Source: an uncultured Actinomycetes bacterium (lineage in GTDB: Bacteria > Actinomycetota > Actinomycetes > S36-B12 > CAIYMF01). From it: DNA of 32,000 bases. How positions within the stretch are numbered: position 1 is the first letter of the stretch; each line of letters starts with the position of its first letter. A program made the translations under genes and the position numbers. The DNA is taken from assembly GCA_963843975.1 (NCBI GenBank), contig CAWJMG010000001.1, positions 630,001 to 662,000 of the forward strand, written 5' to 3'. Shown here piece by piece: positions 6,449-12,408 of this stretch. The notes beneath the pieces are model-generated. The model worked only from the letters and a program-made list of their open reading frames with translations, did not search any database and was not told where the DNA came from.

Positions 6449-8702
6449 CCCCGTTGTCATGCTCACGTTCACGGCGGTCGCGTCCATCTTCATGTTCGCG
6501 TTGCTCATGGAGGCGAGGCGCCGAGACCAGGCCGGCCGCGACCAGCGCCGCCGCGTCTTCGAGGTGCGCTTCCCCCGCAACGTGACGTCGGATCAGGTGC
6601 GCACGTTCCTCGCCGGGCTCGTCGGTCTCGCCTCTCCGCGGCGCGAGCTGGTTGGTCGTGACGCCGCCGTGCTCGAGCTCATCGGGACGGGCCGCGGTGT
6701 TCGCCACCGCCTGCGCCTGCCGGCGTCATCGGCCACCCACTTCATCGCCCAGCTGCGCGCGGCCATCCCCGGCGTCGCCATCGAGGAGATCAAGGACACC
6801 GACAAGACGTACGTCCTCCCCCGCGTCGGCGCCGCGTGCGAACTCCGCCTCACGCAGTACGGCACACCGCTCGCCATCCCCGACGTCGCCTCCATCTCCC
6901 GGCAGCTCATCGCCGCATGCCTGTCGCTTCGCTCGGGCGAGGTCGTCGTCTGGCAGTGGGTCATCACCGGCGGCACGCCAACCCCGGTCCCAGCGCCGCC
7001 CCCGGACAGCCAGACCTCCCCGTTGTGGGCGCTCGTCTGGGGGACCGGCTCGCGTCGACGCCCAGCCAGTCGGCGCACGCAGGACGAAGGGCTCATCCGC
7101 GCCACCGCGCGGATCGGGGCGCGTGCCGTCGAGCCGCGCCGCGAGGCCGAGCTCGTCGCCCGGGTTCGTCGTGTCGCGGCCAGCGTCAGTGCGCCGGGTG
7201 CCCGGCTCGTTCCTCGACAGCTTCCGAACCTCGTCGTCGCCCGGCGGATCGGCCGTGGGTCGACGCCGCTCATCGAGTCGCCGGTCGTCCTCGCCCGTGA
7301 CGAACTCACCGCACTCCTCGGTTGGCCCATCGGGGGGCCAGCCCTCCCCGGCCTCGCCCTGGGGCGTAGTCCGCAGCTACCGGTCGCGCCGGACGTTCCG
7401 CGAAGTGGTCGACCGCTCGGACGCGCCACCGTCGGCAACGGCCGGATCGTCTCGCAGTCGCTCCGGGGCGCTCGGGAGCACAGCCTCTACCTCGGGCCGA
7501 CGGGCTCCGGCAAGACGTGGCTGGCCGCGCAGGTCGCGCTGGCCGACATCACCGCCGGCCGCGGCACCCTCGTCCTTGACCCCAAGGGCGGCACGGTTCG
7601 CGCGATCCTCGAACGTCTCCCGGAGGAGGCGGTGTCACGAACCATCGTGGTCGACCCGACCGACGAGACCCGGCCGGTGCCGTTGCCGCTCCTGAGTCAG
7701 GAGGCCGGCGGCATCCCCGAGCTCGCGGCCGACACCCTGGTAGGCCTGCTGCGCCACCAACACGGCGACCTCGGACCCCGCTCCAGCGACATCTTGAGCT
7801 CGAGCCTCTACGCCCTCGCCCGCACGCCCGGGGCGACCCTGTTCGACCTGTTCCGGCTCTGGAGCTCCCCGCGCTACCGCGCCCAAGTCGCCGCCGCCTG
7901 CGCGGACGACCCGGCCTTGGTCAGCTTCTTCGCCTGGCTCGACGGACTGTCTCCGGCCGAACGCAACTTCGTCTTGGCCGCCCCTTCGAACAAGATCCGC
8001 CCGCTGATGCAGCGCCCGGCCGTCCGCAACGTCATCGCGGCACCACGCGCGACCTTCACGCTGTCGGAGGCGTTGCGCGACAACTTCGTCGTCTTGGTCA
8101 TGCTCCCGGAGGGCGCGTTGGGCTCGGAGGCGACGACGCTCATCGGGCAGGTGCTCCTGAGCCGGCTCTGGTCGGCAGTCCAAGGGCGCACGACGCGAGC
8201 CGCGGCGCACCCGTACTTCGTGACGGTCGACGAGGCTCCCCGGTTCGTCGACCAACCGACCGACCTCGGCGATGTCCTTGCCCGGTCGCGCGAGTACGGC
8301 GTCGGCGTCACCCTCATCGCCCAGACCCTTGCCCAGTTCCCGGCCGCGCTGCGCGGGGTCGTCGTTAACAGTGCCCGGACGAAGGTCGCCTTCCAAGCCT
8401 CGGCTGAGGACGCGCGTCGCCTGGCGGACGAGTTCGGGCCCATGGTCACGGCCGACATGCTCACCGGCCTGACGGCGTTCGAAGCCATCGGGGCGGTGTC
8501 GGTCGGGGGCGCCACAAGCGACCCGTTCACGTTCAAAACGGTGCCACTCGGCGACCCAATCCCCGGTCGCGCCCGTGCCACCCGAAGCGCCTCGCGCGAG
8601 CGCTGGGGCATCGCCCGCGAGGAGATCGAGGCGAGCTTCACGACCACCCCGGACGCGCCGCCAGACGCCGCCGGCCCTGTCGGTAGGAGGTCAATGCCAT
8701 GA
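6441..8702 (+). CDS. Type IV coupling protein-like ATPase (VirD4/TraD family, TraM-recognition-domain type)
   Basis: ATG 6441 follows GGAGG at 6 nt. It has an N-terminal TM helix (VVMLTFTAVASIFMFALLM), Walker A GPTGSGKTW followed by LVLDPKG, Walker B-like FVTVDEAPRF, and C-terminal EYGVGVTLIAQTLAQF. I have not excluded an FtsK/TraB-type assignment. Confidence 0.78.
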   Translation: MSNPVVMLTFTAVASIFMFALLMEARRRDQAGRDQRRRVFEVRFPRNVTSDQVRTFLAGLVGLASPRRELVGRDAAVLELIGTGRGVRHRLRLPASSATHFIAQLRAAIPGVAIEEIKDTDKTYVLPRVGAACELRLTQYGTPLAIPDVASISRQLIAACLSLRSGEVVVWQWVITGGTPTPVPAPPPDSQTSPLWALVWGTGSRRRPASRRTQDEGLIRATARIGARAVEPRREAELVARVRRVAASVSAPGARLVPRQLPNLVVARRIGRGSTPLIESPVVLARDELTALLGWPIGGPALPGLALGRSPQLPVAPDVPRSGRPLGRATVGNGRIVSQSLRGAREHSLYLGPTGSGKTWLAAQVALADITAGRGTLVLDPKGGTVRAILERLPEEAVSRTIVVDPTDETRPVPLPLLSQEAGGIPELAADTLVGLLRHQHGDLGPRSSDILSSSLYALARTPGATLFDLFRLWSSPRYRAQVAAACADDPALVSFFAWLDGLSPAERNFVLAAPSNKIRPLMQRPAVRNVIAAPRATFTLSEALRDNFVVLVMLPEGALGSEATTLIGQVLLSRLWSAVQGRTTRAAAHPYFVTVDEAPRFVDQPTDLGDVLARSREYGVGVTLIAQTLAQFPAALRGVVVNSARTKVAFQASAEDARRLADEFGPMVTADMLTGLTAFEAIGAVSVGGATSDPFTFKTVPLGDPIPGRARATRSASRERWGIAREEIEASFTTTPDAPPDAAGPVGRRSMP

Positions 8703-8824
8703 GCACCCGACGTCCAACCACCCGTCCAATCGCCGCCCGAGCGGTCTGTACAAGCTTGCAGGTCAACGCCGGACGCACGCAGGTAAGCGCGACGACATTC
8801 GCGCACGCGAGGTGTGCGCGATGA
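8699..8824 (+). CDS. Possible 41-aa micro-ORF bridging the coupling-ATPase and replication-relaxation genes
   Basis: It has ATGA overlaps at both ends (8699-8702 and 8821-8824), and 126 nt is in frame. The peptide is MSTRRPTTRPIAARAVCTSLQVNAGRTQVSATTFAHARCAR. It has no SD of its own and could simply be a spacer. Confidence 0.25.
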   Translation: MSTRRPTTRPIAARAVCTSLQVNAGRTQVSATTFAHARCAR

Positions 8825-9585
8825 GTACTACGCGACTGAGCCAACGCCGCCTCGAGCAGCTCGCCCGTGAGCTCGCCCCAAAGGACCGCGCCGTCATCGA
8901 GACGCTGACGCGGGTCAAGCTCGCGACCGGTAGCCAGCTGGTGCGCGCGCACTGGCCCCACGCCACCGACGCCGACGGTCGGGCCGCCCGCCGCGCCCTC
9001 AAGCGGCTCGTCGACTGGCGAGTTCTGGCACGCCTCGAGCGCCGCCTGGGGGGCCTCGGCCGCGGCTCCGACTCCTTCACCTACGCGCTCGACGTCGCCG
9101 CCCACCGGGTCTTGCGGCTCGAGGGCGTCGCCCGGCGGCCACACCTGCCCGGTCCCCCGATGTGGCACCACGCACTCCTCGTCGCTGAGATCTACGTCCA
9201 GCTGCTCGAGTCGCTTTGCGGGACCGAGCGACGCCTGGTCGAGTGGGAGGGCGAGCCCGCCTGCTGGCGCGACTTCGCCGGCCAGTACGGCGAGGGCGTC
9301 CGGCTCAAGCCCGACGGCTTCGCGCGCATCAGCGGACCGGGCTACCAAGACCTCTACTTCATCGAGGCCGACACCGGCACGCAGTCTCGCACCGTCATCC
9401 GCGCCAAGCTCGAGGCCTACCGCCGCTACGCCGCCGGCGGCACCGAACAGGCTCGTGAGGGCGGCGTCTTCCCCCAAGTCGCGCTCATCACCACGAGCCC
9501 GGCCCGGCACGCCGTTCTCGTCGACCTGGTCGGCGAGCTTGCCCGCCCAGTGGTGGCCGCTGTTCGTCGTCGGCCTCGCCAGTGA
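8821..9585 (+). CDS. Replication-relaxation family protein (putative relaxase/initiator of the element)
   Basis: ATG 8821 follows GAGGTG. The N-terminal winged-helix-like region LSQRRLEQLARELAPKDRAVIETLTRVKLATGSQLVRAHW and the overall layout match my recollection of the replication-relaxation family (PF13814). Its position next to a T4CP-like gene is consistent. Confidence 0.68.
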   Translation: MSTTRLSQRRLEQLARELAPKDRAVIETLTRVKLATGSQLVRAHWPHATDADGRAARRALKRLVDWRVLARLERRLGGLGRGSDSFTYALDVAAHRVLRLEGVARRPHLPGPPMWHHALLVAEIYVQLLESLCGTERRLVEWEGEPACWRDFAGQYGEGVRLKPDGFARISGPGYQDLYFIEADTGTQSRTVIRAKLEAYRRYAAGGTEQAREGGVFPQVALITTSPARHAVLVDLVGELARPVVAAVRRRPRQ

Positions 9586-9664
9586 CACCGGCTCGCTCCT
9601 CGGTGGGGAGGTGGCCTCATGAGCCGCGGTCCGCCCAGTAGAACCTCGGCCCCCCTTCCTCGGT

Positions 9665-9735
9665 GGTCTGCGGCCGTCGTCGTGAGCTCGTCACCTGAGC
9701 TCACCGGCCGCAACACCCCTGAGGAGGCTCCGGTG
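9665..9735 (+). promoter_or_regulatory. Structured leader L1 upstream of ArdC-like gene 1 (bipartite stem-loop + SD + GTG)
   Basis: Outer helix 9670-9676/9705-9711 (GCGGCCG/CGGCCGC), bulge TCGTC, inner helix 9682-9689/9697-9704 (GTGAGCTC/GAGCTCAC). The flanks are identical to L2 at 10667-10736. Confidence 0.6.
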
Positions 9736-10575
9736 GACACCACCGAAGACACCACGCTCACCCCGTCCCGACGCGAGCAGATGCTCGCTCAACTCGGTGA
9801 GCAGGCCGAGAAGCTGCGTTCGAGCGAGGGATGGGTCGCTTGGCTCAAGTTCGCTCGCAGATTCCGTAACTACTCCCTCGGCAACCAGCTGCTGATTCAA
9901 GCCCAGCAGCCGGGCGCCAAGTTCGTCGCCGGCTACCGGGCGTGGGAGTCGCTCGGTCGCCACGTCAAGAAGGGCGAGAAGGGCATCGCCATCCTCGCCC
10001 CGATGATCCGCAAGGCATCGCTCGAGGAGATCGCAGAGGACGGAGCGCTCACCGTGCTACGAGGCTTCAAGCCGGTCTTCGTCTTCGACCTGGCTCAGAC
10101 GGAGGGCGACCCGCTCCCCATCCCGGAGATGCCGCCGACCTACGTCCCTGACGACGCGCTGTTCGACCAGCTCGTCGTACTGGCGGCCAAGGCCGACATC
10201 GCGACCCGTGTCGTCGACAACGCCCCGGACGGGCTCTACGGCTGGTGGGACCCCTTCGACCGGATCATCTCCATCACCGAGGGCCAGGACATCGCCTCGA
10301 AGACCGCGACCATGCTCCACGAGCTGGCCCACGCCTTCGATCCCGAGTGCGAGTCCCCAGCCTCCGACAAGGCGGAACGCGAGCTCGTCGCGGAGTCCGC
10401 CGCCTACCTCGTCGGCACCGAACTGGGCATCGACATGCGTGAGGCCTCCTCGCACTACGTCATGACCTACGGCGCCACCAGTGATCGACTGCTCGACCTC
10501 GCCAACGAGGTCCTGATGGTCGCCACCTTCCTCGCCGACCTGACCTCGGAGCTCCCGCTCCCCCTGGCCAGCTAG
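9733..10575 (+). CDS. ArdC-like protein: N-terminal ssDNA-binding (ArdC-N/DUF1738-like) domain + C-terminal HEXXH metalloprotease domain
   Basis: GTG 9733 follows GAGGAGG. YSLGNQLLIQAQ..VAGYRAWESLGRHVKKGEKGIAILAP matches the ArdC-N pattern as I recall it. HELAHAFD is the zinc-protease motif. The ORF-track start at 9619 would run through the leader hairpin. Confidence 0.75.
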   Translation: MDTTEDTTLTPSRREQMLAQLGEQAEKLRSSEGWVAWLKFARRFRNYSLGNQLLIQAQQPGAKFVAGYRAWESLGRHVKKGEKGIAILAPMIRKASLEEIAEDGALTVLRGFKPVFVFDLAQTEGDPLPIPEMPPTYVPDDALFDQLVVLAAKADIATRVVDNAPDGLYGWWDPFDRIISITEGQDIASKTATMLHELAHAFDPECESPASDKAERELVAESAAYLVGTELGIDMREASSHYVMTYGATSDRLLDLANEVLMVATFLADLTSELPLPLAS

Positions 10576-10580
10576 GACCC

Positions 10581-10614
10581 GGGTGGGTAGGGCGCAGCCG
10601 CGTCCTACCCGCCC
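10581..10614 (+). terminator. Hairpin T1 after ArdC-like gene 1
   Basis: GGGTGGGTAGGGCGC agcc GCGTCCTACCCGCCC forms 15 pairs including 2 G-T wobbles. It starts 6 nt after the stop and has no U-tract. It is homologous to T2. Confidence 0.45.
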
Positions 10615-10666
10615 CACCCCGCACCTTGAAAGGTCGATCTCATGGAACTGCTCACCCTCCTTGGGC

Positions 10667-10736
10667 GGTCTGCGGCCGTCGTCGCGATCTGGGTCTCCAG
10701 ATCGCCGGCCGCAACGCCCCTAAGGAGGCACCCGTG
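10667..10736 (+). promoter_or_regulatory. Structured leader L2 upstream of ArdC-like gene 2
   Basis: Outer helix 10672-10678/10706-10712 (GCGGCCG/CGGCCGC), bulge TCGTC, inner helix 10684-10692/10697-10705 (GCGATCTGG/CCAGATCGC). Spacing to AGGAGG and GTG is the same as in L1. Confidence 0.6.
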
Positions 10737-11363
10737 AGTACCACCGAGATCAACCCGTTCGGCGTCGAGCTGACCTCCGACCTGCCGGTCGACAGCGCGC
10801 GCCTCCGCACAAGCGACGGCTGGGTCGCCTGGCTCAAGATCGTCCAGGCGCACCCCCACCTGTCGCTGACCGACCAGCTGCACCGGTTGAACCGGGGACT
10901 CGTTCCTGACTTCGAGCCGCGGCTGGACAGCCTCATGGCCGGACGCGACGAGCTGCTGACGCGGCTCATCGGCCTCGCCCGAACCCGAGGCTTCTACGTC
11001 GCCATCGACGAGCTCGACTGCGGTCGAGACGGCGAGTGGCACCCGATCGGCGGGGCGATCCGCCTCTCCGAATCGCTGGAGCCCGGGCGCATGGCCGCCG
11101 TCCTCATCCACGAGCTGGCCCATGCGCTCGACCCCGGCACCCGGTCTTTCGACGGCCCAGACCCGTCCGAGCGGGAACTCGTGGCCGAGTCCGCCTCGTT
11201 CGTGGCCGGCCGACGTCTCGGCCTCGACATGGACGAGGTCTCGGCCTACTTCACCGTCACGTTCGGCCTGACCGCCGAGCGCGCCGTCACGCTCGCCCAT
11301 GACGTCATCGACGTCAGCCGACGCCTCTCGGCCCTTGTTGCACAGCTGGAGGGCGACGCGTGA
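10734..11363 (+). CDS. ArdC-like paralog retaining the HEXXH protease domain but lacking the recognisable ArdC-N ssDNA-binding core
   Basis: GTG 10734 follows AAGGAGG. It shares SDGWVAWLK, IHELAHALDP and ERELVAESA.. blocks with gene 1. The YRAW..GRxVxKGEKG segment is absent. Confidence 0.65.
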   Translation: MSTTEINPFGVELTSDLPVDSARLRTSDGWVAWLKIVQAHPHLSLTDQLHRLNRGLVPDFEPRLDSLMAGRDELLTRLIGLARTRGFYVAIDELDCGRDGEWHPIGGAIRLSESLEPGRMAAVLIHELAHALDPGTRSFDGPDPSERELVAESASFVAGRRLGLDMDEVSAYFTVTFGLTAERAVTLAHDVIDVSRRLSALVAQLEGDA

Positions 11364-11369
11364 CACCCC

Positions 11370-11401
11370 GGGCGGGTAGGGCCTCACGGCTCTACCCGCC
11401 C
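11370..11401 (+). terminator. Hairpin T2 after ArdC-like gene 2
   Basis: GGGCGGGTAGGGCC tcac GGCTCTACCCGCCC forms 14 pairs including 1 G-T wobble. It starts 7 nt after the stop. The arm sequence is nearly the same as in T1. Confidence 0.45.
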
Positions 11402-11444
11402 ACCTCCCACCTGACCGTTGCAGAAATGAGACAAAAGGTTCAAA

Positions 11445-11855
11445 ATGGACAGGCAAGGAGAACTTTCCAAGGTGAACAGCAACAACCCATCCCAACTAGC
11501 CAAAGCCCTCCGTCAGGCACGCCGCCGTAGTGGACTCACTGTCCGGCAGGTGGCCGATGACGCGGGCATGACGCCAGCGACCGTGTCCCGCCTCGAGACG
11601 GGTCACATCGAGTCGCCGCGCCCAGACCACCTCGCGCGGCTCGCCCGCACGCTTGGTCTGGAGCTGGAAGACCTCTACGCACTGGCCGGCTACCTCATGC
11701 CCGAGGGACTCCCCGAGCTGAGGCCGTACCTGCGCACCAAGTACGGGCTCTCCGATCGCGCCGTGGAGCAGCTCGACGAGTACTTCCAGGCCTTGAAGCC
11801 CGGTTGGGAACGTGACAAGGAGGTTCGTCATGAACCATCAGACTCCGCCCCTTAG
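11445..11855 (+). CDS. XRE-family helix-turn-helix transcriptional regulator (ImmR-like)
   Basis: HTH_3 pattern LAKALRQARRRSGLTVRQVADDAGMTPATVSRLETG. The region upstream (11415-11444) is unusually AT-rich for this window. GTG 11472 is an alternative start. Confidence 0.85.
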   Translation: MDRQGELSKVNSNNPSQLAKALRQARRRSGLTVRQVADDAGMTPATVSRLETGHIESPRPDHLARLARTLGLELEDLYALAGYLMPEGLPELRPYLRTKYGLSDRAVEQLDEYFQALKPGWERDKEVRHEPSDSAP

Positions 11856-12408
11856 CGTTCTGACCCAAGTCCGCGACACCCTCCCGCTACGACCCCTCGC
11901 CCCACAAGAAGTCCGCGCCGTCCTCGAGCGCGCCGCCCTGAAACTCCTGACCCTGATGGACATCCCGGGGCCACCCGTCGTCGTCGGGGAGCTCATCGAG
12001 CAGCTGCCGCGCGCGATCGTGATCCGCGTCGACGGGCTCTCCACGTCGGGCCGCACCCATTGGGACGGCGTCCGCTGGATCATCGAGATCGCGGCCGACG
12101 AACCGCACGTGCGACAGCGCTACACCCTGGCCCACGAGCTCGGCCACATCCTGCTCCACCCCATCGCCGACATCATCCTGCCGAGCAACGACAACACCAC
12201 CAGTGAGAAGCGACTCGAGGCCGCCTGCGAGTTCTTCGCCGCCTGCCTGCTCATGCCCCGCGTCTGGATGAAGCGCGCCTATTTCGGAAGTGACATCCGG
12301 GACGTACCGTCACTAGCCCGGCTGTTCGAGGTCTCCTGGGGCGCCATGCGTACCCGTCTCGAGCAACTGGGTCTCATCGCCAGGATCGACACTGTGAGGG
12401 CAGCATGA
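11830..12408 (+). CDS. ImmA/IrrE-family zinc metallopeptidase
   Basis: ATG 11830 follows AAGGAGG at 6 nt. It carries the HEXXH motif YTLAHELGHILLH plus downstream ..ACEFFAACLLMP, typical of the M78/ImmA family. It overlaps the XRE gene by 26 nt and the recombinase start by ATGA. Confidence 0.85.
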   Translation: MNHQTPPLSVLTQVRDTLPLRPLAPQEVRAVLERAALKLLTLMDIPGPPVVVGELIEQLPRAIVIRVDGLSTSGRTHWDGVRWIIEIAADEPHVRQRYTLAHELGHILLHPIADIILPSNDNTTSEKRLEAACEFFAACLLMPRVWMKRAYFGSDIRDVPSLARLFEVSWGAMRTRLEQLGLIARIDTVRAA

